A stretch of DNA of 64,000 bases from Omnitrophica WOR_2 bacterium GWF2_43_52 (GTDB taxonomy: Bacteria > Omnitrophota > Gorgyraeia > Gygaellales > UBA12090). Under the pieces are notes generated by a model, which saw only the letters and a program-made list of their open reading frames with translations, had not been told where the DNA came from and made no database searches. Shown here one piece after another: positions 37,490 to 47,330 of the stretch; within the stretch, counting starts at the first letter, position 1, and each line of letters starts with the position of its first letter. The DNA is taken from positions 120,429 through 184,428 of the forward strand of contig MHGF01000003.1 of NCBI GenBank assembly GCA_001805445.1, written 5' to 3'. A program made the translations under genes and the position numbers.

Positions 37490-39700
37490 ATGCCTATGCG
37501 CCAGCAAAACCCACAGGAACGGATCAGAAACTTTTTTGAAGTAGCTCTTGGCTATTCCAAGGAAGACGCCCAAAAAGAAGCAGAGCGCTGCCTGCTCTGC
37601 AAAGAGCCCCTCTGCGTCCAAGGCTGCCCCGTTGAAATTGATATTCCGGCATTTATAAAGCTTTTACGTGAAGATAAGCCTCAAGAAGCACTCTCAAAAA
37701 TCAAGGAAAAAAATAACCTCCCCGCGGTCTGCGGCAGAGTCTGCCCACAGGAGGACCAATGCGAGGGAAGGTGCATTTTAAATAAGAAAAAAGTACCCAT
37801 CAATATCGGCGCCCTGGAACGCTACGCGGCGGATTATGGAAAAGTCCACAGTCAAAAAGGGCTATCGGCTAGTGACCATAGACTATCGATAAAAATCGCT
37901 GTCGTCGGCTCAGGGCCTGCGGGCTTGACAGCAGCCGCGGATCTTGCTAAAATGCGATATTCTGTTACGCTCTTTGAATCACTTCATGTTCCCGGCGGAG
38001 TCCTTAGCTATGGAATCCCGGAATTCCGCCTGCCCAAAGAAATTGTCCATGAGGAAATCGCCGCTATTAAGAATTTAGGCGTAGAATTAAAAACCGATAT
38101 TTTAATCGGAAAAACCTTTAGCCTTGTTGATCTTTTTGAGGCAGGATACAAAGCAATTTTTTTAGGGCTTGGGGCGGGGCTTCCTCAATTCATGGGAATC
38201 CCCGGTGAAAACTTAGACAGGGTTTATTCCGCCAATGAATTCCTCACCAGGGTAAACTTGATGCGGGCGTATAAGTTTCCCGAATTTAAAACACCTGTAT
38301 CCATAGGCAAAAAAATAGCGGTCATTGGTGGAGGGAACGTTGCCTTTGACAGTGCGCGCTGTGGCGCGCGTTTAGGAAGCCAGGTCAGCATTATCTATCG
38401 CCGCGGCGAAGCCGAAATGCCCGCGAGGCATGAGGAAATACAAAATGCGAAAGAAGAAGGAATAACCTTTCAATTGCTTACCCAGCCCGTAAAAATCATC
38501 GGGCTTGATACAGGCTTTGTAAGCGGTGTGGAATGCGTCAAAATGCAGCTTGGAGATCCTGACAGCTCAGGAAGGAGAAGGCCTGTCGCTATAGCAGGGT
38601 CCAATTTTGTTTTAGACGCGGATACGGTGATTATCGCGATCGGACAAACTCCCAATCCGCTTTTAGCAAAAGTTACTCCGGAATTAAAAACAACGCCGCG
38701 GGGAACCGTTATCATAGATAAAAACTATATGACATCAATACACGGGGTATTCGCCGGCGGGGATATTACTACCGGCGCCGACACCGTCATCGCCGCAATG
38801 GGCGCGGGGAAAAGGGCTGCCCGCGCGATAGACCACTATATAAAGAAAGTAGAGAGTAGAATGGCTGAGATAAAAAAAACGACGATACAGGATATACTTT
38901 CATTAAAGAACAAACGTAAAATCACCATGCTTACTGCCTATGATTATCCTCTTGCCTTATTGGTGGACAGGGCAGGCATAGATATGATACTCGTGGGAGA
39001 TTCCCTTGCCAATGTAGTCCTGGGATTAGACTCAACCACCAAAGTGGGAATGAACGAAATGCTGCATCATGCCAAGGCGGTAAGCCGCGCGGTAACACAC
39101 AGTTTAGTTATTGGCGATATGCCGTATGAATCATATCAGCTCAACCCCGGCAAAACAGTAGAAAATGCCAAGCGCTTTATTGAAGAAGCGCGCTGTGACT
39201 GCGTAAAATTGGAATGGTTTGATCAATGCCTTGAGGTAACAGAGAAAACCATTTCTTCAGGCGTTTCAGTCATGGGGCACATTGGCTTAACTCCGCAAAC
39301 AGCGGATAAACTCGGAGGTTTTAAAGTCCAGGGAAAAGACGCCCAAGCAGCCCAAAAACTTATTGACCAAGCGCGGGCATTAGAAAACGCGGGATGCTTT
39401 GCCATTGTCTTAGAATGTGTCCCTGACAAAATAGCCGAAATCATTACCCAAAAACTCACCATCCCTACGATAGGTATCGGAGCAGGCATGAGCTGTGACG
39501 GCCAGGTCCTTGTTACCCATGATATGCTCGGCCTCTTTGAAAGATTCACCCCTAAATTCGTTAAAAAATACCTTGATCTTGGCCCCTTGATACTCAAAGC
39601 CATTGAAGAATATAAGAACGACGTCCTGCAGAAAAGGTTTCCGGGCCAGGAACATAGTTTCAGCATAAAAAACGAAGAACTTATAAAACTAAAAACATGA
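37490..39700 (+). CDS. In-frame fusion: GltD/NfnB/SudA-like NAD(P)H-dependent FAD/FeS oxidoreductase (residues 1 to about 460) plus 3-methyl-2-oxobutanoate hydroxymethyltransferase PanB (about 465 to the end)
   Basis: N-terminus: 2x Cys clusters (CKEPLCVQGCP / CGRVCPQEDQCEGRC) and two GxGxxG motifs (VVGSGPAGL / IGGGNVAFD). C-terminus: PanB motifs KITMLTAYDYP, LVGDSLANVVLG and HIGLTPQ. There is no stop between them (linker ...KKVESRMAEIKK...). Confidence 0.7.
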   Translation: MPMRQQNPQERIRNFFEVALGYSKEDAQKEAERCLLCKEPLCVQGCPVEIDIPAFIKLLREDKPQEALSKIKEKNNLPAVCGRVCPQEDQCEGRCILNKKKVPINIGALERYAADYGKVHSQKGLSASDHRLSIKIAVVGSGPAGLTAAADLAKMRYSVTLFESLHVPGGVLSYGIPEFRLPKEIVHEEIAAIKNLGVELKTDILIGKTFSLVDLFEAGYKAIFLGLGAGLPQFMGIPGENLDRVYSANEFLTRVNLMRAYKFPEFKTPVSIGKKIAVIGGGNVAFDSARCGARLGSQVSIIYRRGEAEMPARHEEIQNAKEEGITFQLLTQPVKIIGLDTGFVSGVECVKMQLGDPDSSGRRRPVAIAGSNFVLDADTVIIAIGQTPNPLLAKVTPELKTTPRGTVIIDKNYMTSIHGVFAGGDITTGADTVIAAMGAGKRAARAIDHYIKKVESRMAEIKKTTIQDILSLKNKRKITMLTAYDYPLALLVDRAGIDMILVGDSLANVVLGLDSTTKVGMNEMLHHAKAVSRAVTHSLVIGDMPYESYQLNPGKTVENAKRFIEEARCDCVKLEWFDQCLEVTEKTISSGVSVMGHIGLTPQTADKLGGFKVQGKDAQAAQKLIDQARALENAGCFAIVLECVPDKIAEIITQKLTIPTIGIGAGMSCDGQVLVTHDMLGLFERFTPKFVKKYLDLGPLILKAIEEYKNDVLQKRFPGQEHSFSIKNEELIKLKT

Positions 39701-39743
39701 TAGCAACACCTTCTCGATTCCGCGCAATTCCTAAAAAGGAGGA

Positions 39744-41138
39744 ATGATGTTTACCTCAAGCGTAAGTGACAGGCGCAAGGATTATCGGATATACAACCCG
39801 GTGCCGGTAGCCTGTGAAATCGTTAACACTCAAGGCACTCCGATAAGAAAGCTAACTGTCATGGCAAAAGACATTAGTTCCAGCGGCATCTATTTTGAGT
39901 TTGGGGTAGCGTTAGCCTTGAATACGGAAATGAAAGTGGAATTCTCCCTGCCCAGAACAAACCATAACATAATTGCGACAGTAAAAATTAAACGGATAGA
40001 ATCAACCGAATTAGAAAATACTTTCGGCATTGGAGCCGCGTTTACCGAAATTCAGGATAACGACAGACATGAGATTGTCAAATTTATCGAATTCCTTAAT
40101 ATCGAAAAACTCCTTGAAATCACCGTACGAAAAGGGGCTTCAGACCTGCATCTCTTGGCCGAACAGCAGCCGGCGTTGCGCATCCATGGAGAAATTGAAC
40201 CTATAGACTTGCCTAAACTCTCTTCTGACGAAATAAGCAAAATACTTTTTAGCACCCTTTCCAGGCAGCAGATAAAACAATTTGAGCATGAGAAAGAATT
40301 AGACTACGGCTTGCAGTTTGACTCGGAAAATCGTTTCAGGGTAAATCTTCACCAGCAGCGCGGCTTCACCGAAGCAACCCTCAGGCTTATCAACACCAGG
40401 ATTCCGTCATTTGAAGAACTCCAGCTGCCGGATGCGGTGAAAGACTTGGCAAGGCTTAAGGACGGCCTCATTCTTGTTGCCGGCCCCACAGGTTCAGGAA
40501 AAACTACTACGATAGCGGCAATGGTTGATTTAATCAATAAAGAGAAAAAAGGCGTAGTCATAACCTTGGAAAGGCCGATTGAGTTCGTACATCTCAATAT
40601 AAAAAGCATCATCAAGCAACGCGAGGTAGGCATAGATACTAACTCATTTTCTACCGCCCTTAAAAGCAGCCTCAGGCAAGACCCTAACGTTATCGTCATC
40701 GGAGAAATCGAGGATATTGAAACGGTAAAAACCGCGATCATTGCCGCGGAAACCGGCCACCTTGTCATCGCCTCTTTTCACGCTACTGACTCAATGCAGG
40801 CCATTGACCGCCTAGCAGGGTTTTTCCCAACAGAAAACAGAAAACAAATACTCTCTCAATTATCACATTGCCTCCATGGGATATTAACCCAGGTACTCCT
40901 GCCCCGCAAGGATAAATTAGGCAGGGTTTTAGCCTGCGAAATTGTTTTCGCTAATGACGCGGTAAAAAGGATTATCCGCAGAGATGAACTAATCCAACTG
41001 GCTACCGCTATCCAAACAGGCGCGAACTTTAAAATGAAATCCTTAAACGATGCCGTGAAAAAATACTTAGATGAAGGCGTCATTGACGAAGAAGCTGCGC
41101 GAGCATATTTGGATGAGGCAAATAAATCTTACCGGTAA
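39744..41138 (+). CDS. pilT: PilZ-domain::PilT fusion (c-di-GMP-binding domain fused to a type IV pilus retraction ATPase)
   Basis: N-terminal RRKDYR (RxxxR) and DISSSG (DxSxxG) PilZ motifs. PilT core follows with Walker A GPTGSGKTTT and the PilT signature (AxxEhxGhNVIxGEIEDIETV). Confidence 0.8.
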   Translation: MMFTSSVSDRRKDYRIYNPVPVACEIVNTQGTPIRKLTVMAKDISSSGIYFEFGVALALNTEMKVEFSLPRTNHNIIATVKIKRIESTELENTFGIGAAFTEIQDNDRHEIVKFIEFLNIEKLLEITVRKGASDLHLLAEQQPALRIHGEIEPIDLPKLSSDEISKILFSTLSRQQIKQFEHEKELDYGLQFDSENRFRVNLHQQRGFTEATLRLINTRIPSFEELQLPDAVKDLARLKDGLILVAGPTGSGKTTTIAAMVDLINKEKKGVVITLERPIEFVHLNIKSIIKQREVGIDTNSFSTALKSSLRQDPNVIVIGEIEDIETVKTAIIAAETGHLVIASFHATDSMQAIDRLAGFFPTENRKQILSQLSHCLHGILTQVLLPRKDKLGRVLACEIVFANDAVKRIIRRDELIQLATAIQTGANFKMKSLNDAVKKYLDEGVIDEEAARAYLDEANKSYR

Positions 41139-41186
41139 GAGAATTCACCTTACCCTGAGGATTTTTACAAAAAAATATAATGAACA

Positions 41187-42758
41187 ATGAAAGTAGCGGC
41201 CAATCAAGAAGTAATGGAAAAAATAGTATCTCTTTGTAAACGAAGAGGCTTCATATTTCAAGGCTCTGAAATTTACGGAGGGCTTGCCAACACCTGGGAT
41301 TACGGGCCCTTAGGCGCGGAATTAAAACGTAATATAAAAGAGGCCTGGTGGCGCGCGAATGTGCGCGAGCGCTCGGACATGGTAGGGCTCGACGCGGCAA
41401 TCCTCATGCATCCAAAAGTCTGGGAGGCATCGGGGCATTTAAAAAGTTTTGCCGATCCCTTTGTGAAATGCCCTGCCTGCGGAAATTTCTTTAGGTCTGA
41501 CAGGATTTGGGATGAAATCTTAAATAGCCCTTGGTGCAGTTCTCTAAAAGAAGGAATGAAAGGTGAAAAAGGCGCTTCTTGTTATCTCCATTGGGCAAAA
41601 AACGAGGGTAAGAAATTAGCTCAGAATTTAAGCCTGGTAAAAGAGCCAGAGATAACCCTTTCCTTTCTTGGCGATAGAGTTGAAAAGTTTGGAGAGACAG
41701 GGATTGATTTTAAAACTTTTTTAGCCAGAATCTCTTGTACGCCTGATGGAATAGCCAAAACACCGTGTCCAAATTGCGGAAATCCCTTACCGGAAGAATC
41801 TATGGCCGCGAATCTTATGCTTGAGACTTACTTTGGCCCTGTAAAGGAAACCGCGCAAAAGGTCTATCTCCGCCCTGAGACCGCACAGGGGATATTTGTG
41901 AATTTCGCCAATATCGTGGATGTTTCACGAAAAAAACTCCCCTTTGGCATTGCCCAAATCGGAAAATCGTTTCGCAATGAAATAACCCCCGGGAATATCA
42001 CCTTTAGGACCCGGGAATTTGAACAAATGGAAATAGAGTATTTTGTAAGGCCTGAGGAAGCGGAAAAAGCCTATGAATATTGGGTGCAGGAACGCTACAA
42101 TTGGTATCTTGGCTTGGGAATGCAAAAAGAGAACATACGCCTGAGGCCTCATGATAAAAAGGAATTAGCTCATTACGCCAAAGCCTGTTCTGATATAGAA
42201 TATCAGTTCCCTTTTGGCTGGTCGGAATTAGAAGGGATTGCCAATAGAAGTGACTTTGATTTAGCGCAGCATTCCAAACACTCGGGTAAAGAACTTGCCT
42301 ATTTTGATTCGCTGACCAAAGAAAAAATAGTGCCTTACATTATCGAGCCTTCAGGAGGTGTTGACAGGGCAGCCCTGGCCTTTTTGGTTGACGCCTACAG
42401 CGAAGAAAAAGTTAAGGACGAAACCAGGGTAGTTTTAAAACTTGACAAGAAACTCGCGCCCTTTGCCATTGCTGTTTTGCCTCTTTTAAAGAACAGGCCG
42501 GAAATCGTTGCCCTGGCAAAAAAGCTTTATCAGGATGTACGCTGCCGTTGGGCGAGTGTCTATGACGATACCGCGGCAATCGGAAAACTTTATCGTCGGC
42601 AGGATGAAGTAGGAACGCTTTTTTGCTTGACAGTTGATGTACAATCATTAGAAGATAAACAAGTAACGGTACGTGACAGAGACACCATGAAGCAGGACCG
42701 GATTAGCATGGATAGGCTAAAGGAATATTTCGCGGATAGGTTAAACAATAGGGGGTAG
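41187..42758 (+). CDS. glyS: Glycyl-tRNA synthetase, dimeric alpha2 type
   Basis: Class II GlyRS (GSEIYGGLANTWDYGPLG) with a Cys-containing insertion. Confidence 0.9.
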   Translation: MKVAANQEVMEKIVSLCKRRGFIFQGSEIYGGLANTWDYGPLGAELKRNIKEAWWRANVRERSDMVGLDAAILMHPKVWEASGHLKSFADPFVKCPACGNFFRSDRIWDEILNSPWCSSLKEGMKGEKGASCYLHWAKNEGKKLAQNLSLVKEPEITLSFLGDRVEKFGETGIDFKTFLARISCTPDGIAKTPCPNCGNPLPEESMAANLMLETYFGPVKETAQKVYLRPETAQGIFVNFANIVDVSRKKLPFGIAQIGKSFRNEITPGNITFRTREFEQMEIEYFVRPEEAEKAYEYWVQERYNWYLGLGMQKENIRLRPHDKKELAHYAKACSDIEYQFPFGWSELEGIANRSDFDLAQHSKHSGKELAYFDSLTKEKIVPYIIEPSGGVDRAALAFLVDAYSEEKVKDETRVVLKLDKKLAPFAIAVLPLLKNRPEIVALAKKLYQDVRCRWASVYDDTAAIGKLYRRQDEVGTLFCLTVDVQSLEDKQVTVRDRDTMKQDRISMDRLKEYFADRLNNRG

Positions 42759-42902
42759 GAATCACCTGAATAAATAATAACGGGCAGACACAAAGGTCTG
42801 CCCCTACGATGGCAGAATTACCAATGGTTTAAAACATAAATGATAAATTATTAATGTAGGGGCGAACCCCTGTGTTCGCCCGGAAGGAGGGTTTTAAAGA
42901 GA

Positions 42903-45695
42903 ATGGCAAAGAAAAAAGTAACCACCAAAGCTAAGAATACAACTAAAACCGTAAAAGCCCAGAAGTGGGTTTATTGCTTTGGCGGCGGAAAAGCAGACGG
43001 CAATGAAAGCATGAAGAACCTCTTAGGAGGGAAAGGAGCAAACCTTGCCGAAATGGCAGGCCACAGGGATTTACGATTACCGGTTCCTCCCGGATTTACC
43101 CTTACCACGGAAGTCTGTGTTCATTATTACGCCCATAGGCGCTCCTATCCAGAAGGGCTCAAGTATCAGGTTGAAACCGCGTTAAAGAAGGTAGAAGATT
43201 TAATGGAGAGAAAATTCGGCGATCCCGTCAACCCTCTCTTGGTTTCAGTTCGTTCCGGAGCAAGAAAATCAATGCCGGGGATGATGGAAACGGTCTTAAA
43301 TATCGGCTTAAACGAAAAAACTATTCCCGGGCTTATTACCCAAAGCGGCGGCAACAGCCGTTTTGTCTACGATGCCTATCGCAGGCTGATTATGATGTAT
43401 TCGGATGTGGTTATGGAAAAGGCCGCGGGCATTGAACCTGAGCACGATGAAGCAGGCATCAGAAAACAGCTTGAGAAAATAATGTCCGAGATAAAAAAAC
43501 AGAAAGGAATTTCTAACGATACTGATTTAGATGTCAACGATTTAAAGAAACTCTGCGGCTTATTTAAGATAAAAATCAAAGAAGTGCTAAAAAAAGACTT
43601 TCCTGATGACCCCTATGAACAGCTCTGGGGCGGCATTGGCGCTGTATTCTCTTCCTGGAACGGAAAAAGGGCAATCAGCTACCGCAGGATTGAAAATATT
43701 CCTGACGAATGGGGCACCGCAGTCACTGTGCAGACGATGGTCTTCGGCAATATGGGTAATGATTCGGCAACCGGTGTTGCCTTTACCCGAAACCCGGGCA
43801 ACGGTGAAAACCACTTTTTCGGAGAGTACCTCATTAACGCCCAGGGTGAGGACGTGGTGGCGGGAATCCGAACACCCGCGCCTATTAGCGAATATTCCAA
43901 GAGTGAACATAATAAAGACCTGGTGAGCCTCGAAAAAGCTATGCCAAGGCTTTACCAGGAGCTTTTTGCTATACAAAACCGCCTGGAAAAACACTACCGC
44001 GACATGCAGGATATCGAGTTTACCATTGAAAAGGGAAAGCTCTTTATGCTCCAATGCCGCATAGGCAAGCGTAATGGCCCGGCTGCCGTAAGAATGGCAA
44101 CCGATATGGTAAAGGAAAAGCTTATTACCAAAGAAACGGCTGTATTACGAGTCAGCCCTTCGCAGCTTGACGAACTATTGCATCCGATTATTGATCCCAA
44201 GGCTCAGATGGAGCATAAGCCGATTGCTAAAGGCCTGCCCGCGGGCCCGGGAGGCGCGGTCGGAATGGCGGTATTTTCATCTGCTGACGCTGTCAAATGG
44301 GCAAAAGACGGTAAGAAAGTAATTCTCGTAAGAGAAGAAACTAATCCTGAAGACGTCGAAGGCATGCGCGCGGCCCAAGCTATCCTTACCGCGCGAGGAG
44401 GAATGACTTCCCATGCGGCGCTGGTTGCCAGAGGCTGGGGCAAGTGCTGTGTTGTCGGCTGCGGCGCGCTTCATATTGATACCCAGGCCAAAACCCTCCA
44501 TGTCAACGGCCTGATTGTCAAGGAAGGCGAGTGGATTACCTTAAACGGCACCAAAGGCAGCGTCTATCTAGGACAGTTAAAGATGATGGATGCGTCAGAG
44601 GAAAACAAGCTCCTTTTTGATTTCCTGAAGATGTGCGATTCCTTCCGCCGGCTTAAGGTCCGTACCAATGCCGATACTCCGGATGATGCCAAAAAAGCGC
44701 GCGCCTTTGGCGCGGAAGGAATCGGATTGTTTAGAACCGAGCATATGTTCTATGGCAGGGGTTCTGAAGAACCACTGTTTAAATTGCGTAAAATGATTAT
44801 CTCTAAAACCGAGGCTGAAAGAAGAAAGGCCTTAGACGAATTATTCGTCCACGTAAAAGCAGATATAAAAGGTACATTAGAGGCGATGAAAGGGCTTCCG
44901 GTAACGATACGCCTTCTTGATCCGCCTTTACACGAATTCATCCCTCGCGAAGAAAAACAGCAGGCAGAACTTGCCCAAAGCTTAGCCATTACCATCGAAG
45001 AATTCCATAAACGCTCAGATGCCCTCCACGAAAATAACCCCATGATGGGCCATCGCGGAGTGAGGCTTGGCATTACCTATCCTGAGGTAACGGAAATGCA
45101 GGTACGGGCAATCTTAGAGGCCGCGGCAGAGCTTTTAAAAGAGGGTGTCAGGGTAGAGCCAGAAATCATGATTCCCGTAGTCTGTTCGGTTAAAGAATTA
45201 ACTAACCAGGCCGCGATAGTCAAGAAGGTATATGATGAAGTGTTAAAGAAATATGGCATTAAGAAACTATCCTATATGTTTGGAACAATGATCGAAATCC
45301 CCAGGGCATGCCTTATTGCCGATAAGCTCGCGGAGACGGCAGAATTCTTCTCATTTGGTACTAACGACCTAACCCAAATGGGATTTGGATTTTCCCGGGA
45401 TGACATTGGCGGTTTCCTCCCCGATTATCTGGATAAAGGCATCCTCAAGGATGATCCTTTCCAAACCATTGATCAGGAAGGCATTGGGCAATTAATCGAA
45501 ATTGGTATCCAGCGAGGCAGAAAAACCAAAAAAGATTTAAAAATAGGTATCTGCGGCGAGCACGGAGGAGAAGCAAAATCCGTGGAATTCTGCCATAAAG
45601 CGGGAATGAACTATGTCTCGTGTTCACCGTTTAGAGTGCCTATCGCCCGTTTAGCAGCCGCGCAGGTGGTGTTAAAGGAGAAAAAAACAAAATAG
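42903..45695 (+). CDS. ppdK: Pyruvate, phosphate dikinase
   Basis: PPDK ATP-grasp domain, phospho-His domain (GGMTSHAALVARGWG) and PEP-utilising TIM barrel. 930 aa. Confidence 0.95.
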   Translation: MAKKKVTTKAKNTTKTVKAQKWVYCFGGGKADGNESMKNLLGGKGANLAEMAGHRDLRLPVPPGFTLTTEVCVHYYAHRRSYPEGLKYQVETALKKVEDLMERKFGDPVNPLLVSVRSGARKSMPGMMETVLNIGLNEKTIPGLITQSGGNSRFVYDAYRRLIMMYSDVVMEKAAGIEPEHDEAGIRKQLEKIMSEIKKQKGISNDTDLDVNDLKKLCGLFKIKIKEVLKKDFPDDPYEQLWGGIGAVFSSWNGKRAISYRRIENIPDEWGTAVTVQTMVFGNMGNDSATGVAFTRNPGNGENHFFGEYLINAQGEDVVAGIRTPAPISEYSKSEHNKDLVSLEKAMPRLYQELFAIQNRLEKHYRDMQDIEFTIEKGKLFMLQCRIGKRNGPAAVRMATDMVKEKLITKETAVLRVSPSQLDELLHPIIDPKAQMEHKPIAKGLPAGPGGAVGMAVFSSADAVKWAKDGKKVILVREETNPEDVEGMRAAQAILTARGGMTSHAALVARGWGKCCVVGCGALHIDTQAKTLHVNGLIVKEGEWITLNGTKGSVYLGQLKMMDASEENKLLFDFLKMCDSFRRLKVRTNADTPDDAKKARAFGAEGIGLFRTEHMFYGRGSEEPLFKLRKMIISKTEAERRKALDELFVHVKADIKGTLEAMKGLPVTIRLLDPPLHEFIPREEKQQAELAQSLAITIEEFHKRSDALHENNPMMGHRGVRLGITYPEVTEMQVRAILEAAAELLKEGVRVEPEIMIPVVCSVKELTNQAAIVKKVYDEVLKKYGIKKLSYMFGTMIEIPRACLIADKLAETAEFFSFGTNDLTQMGFGFSRDDIGGFLPDYLDKGILKDDPFQTIDQEGIGQLIEIGIQRGRKTKKDLKIGICGEHGGEAKSVEFCHKAGMNYVSCSPFRVPIARLAAAQVVLKEKKTK

Positions 45696-45798
45696 AGTTA
45701 CCATATCACCAGTCACAAAGTCACCATGTCACCAGATATAAAAATAAATTATTTTACTGGCGTCGGGTGTCTTTGTGGCGTGGTGACCCTAAAAAACT

Positions 45799-46617
45799 AT
45801 GGAATCCATAAAAACGTACCTTAAAGATATCCGCCACATACCTCTTTTAAAGCCTGAAGAAGAAATAGACTTGGCACAAAAGATAAAAAAAGGCAGCAAA
45901 GAGGCAAGAAAAAAAATGATTCGCTCAAACCTGCGCATGGTCGTCAATATTGCCAAACGCTATACGTATTTCGGCATGCCCCTTATGGATTTGATTGAAG
46001 AAGGCAATATCGGGCTGATGAAAGCAGTGGATAAATTTAATCCTAATCGGGGTTTTCGCTTTTCCACCTACGCGGCATGGTGGATACGCCAGGCTATTGG
46101 CAGGGCTATTTCTGAACAAAGCCGGATTATCCGCCTTCCGGTCTATATCGGCGAAATGACCGCGAAATGGAAGAAATCAAGAGAATCCTTGACCCAAAAA
46201 TTGGGCCGTGCCCCGACACCGACGGAATTATCCAAGGCGTTAAATGTGTCAGGAAAACGCCTGCAACAAATCAGTTCCTGGTCAACAAATACTTCATCCC
46301 TGGATGCCCCTATCGGCGAAGAAGGAGAAGAACAAATCAAGGATTTAATTGAGGATACCAACACCGCGTCCCCTGAAGATACTATGGCGAAGACATTAAC
46401 CCGGGAACGGGTCATGGCGCTCCTTGATCATATCAGCATACGCGAGCGAAAAGTCTTAGACCTGCGTTTTGGCCTCCATGACGAAAAATCACATACCCTA
46501 GCAGAGGTATCAAAAAAAATGAAGGTCTCCCGCGAAAGAATCAGGCAAATTGAAGTAGTCGCGTTAAAAAAACTGCGTAAATTGGCCGCTACCCAGGAAA
46601 AAAACGAGCAGGAATAA
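45799..46617 (+). CDS. RNA polymerase sigma-70 family factor (group 1/2, RpoD/RpoS-like)
   Basis: Regions 2-4 present (e.g. DLIEEGNIGLMKAVDKFNPNRGFRFSTYAAWWIRQAI). Confidence 0.85.
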   Translation: MESIKTYLKDIRHIPLLKPEEEIDLAQKIKKGSKEARKKMIRSNLRMVVNIAKRYTYFGMPLMDLIEEGNIGLMKAVDKFNPNRGFRFSTYAAWWIRQAIGRAISEQSRIIRLPVYIGEMTAKWKKSRESLTQKLGRAPTPTELSKALNVSGKRLQQISSWSTNTSSLDAPIGEEGEEQIKDLIEDTNTASPEDTMAKTLTRERVMALLDHISIRERKVLDLRFGLHDEKSHTLAEVSKKMKVSRERIRQIEVVALKKLRKLAATQEKNEQE

Positions 46618-46634
46618 ACTACATAAAATATACG

Positions 46635-47330
46635 ATGAAAATACTTGACGCTCAAGGAAGGCTCTTTGGAAAAATAAACGTTATTGATTTTCTGGCACTG
46701 ATGTTTCTGGTATCCCTTACGCCAATGTTTTATTTTGGTTATAAAATAGTTAACAAAAAACCCCAGGCCCCGCAAGCGCAAGAATTCCCAGTTGTCCCCA
46801 AAGCCATCATTGAAACCGAATTTGATTTCACTTTTACTAAATTAGATTCACACACCGCGAAGCTTATAGCCATCGGCGATAAGGAAATAGATAAAAGCGG
46901 CCAGATAATCGGAGAAATCATCTCTGTTGGCAGGCTAAAACCATTAACCTATGAAATTGACCTCGGCAGCGGCTTAAAATCAACGAAGGAAAACCCCGAG
47001 CTCAAACAAATTCCGGTAACTCTGAAAATTAAGGCTGAAGTCAAAGACAACAGCCTGTATTACAAAGACAAGCCATTAAAGGCTGCTACTCTTATAGATT
47101 TTCACTCTAACAAATATACCGCGCAGGCTATTTTCATGCCGGTGGGTATTTCTACGATTGAAAAAACTATTCCTAGTCTCACCTCAGATGCGATAAAAGC
47201 CATGATTGAGCAAAAAACAACTGTTCTGAATCAAGAAATTAACCTTTTGAGGAATAAGATCGATCTCTTAGAAACATTTTTAAAACAAGAAAAAACTACA
47301 GAAAAAAGAGAACCAAAGGTAAAGAAATGA
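46635..47330 (+). CDS. Hypothetical signal-anchored protein with C-terminal coiled coil
   Basis: One N-terminal TM helix and a C-terminal heptad-like region. No recognisable family. Confidence 0.4.
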   Translation: MKILDAQGRLFGKINVIDFLALMFLVSLTPMFYFGYKIVNKKPQAPQAQEFPVVPKAIIETEFDFTFTKLDSHTAKLIAIGDKEIDKSGQIIGEIISVGRLKPLTYEIDLGSGLKSTKENPELKQIPVTLKIKAEVKDNSLYYKDKPLKAATLIDFHSNKYTAQAIFMPVGISTIEKTIPSLTSDAIKAMIEQKTTVLNQEINLLRNKIDLLETFLKQEKTTEKREPKVKK

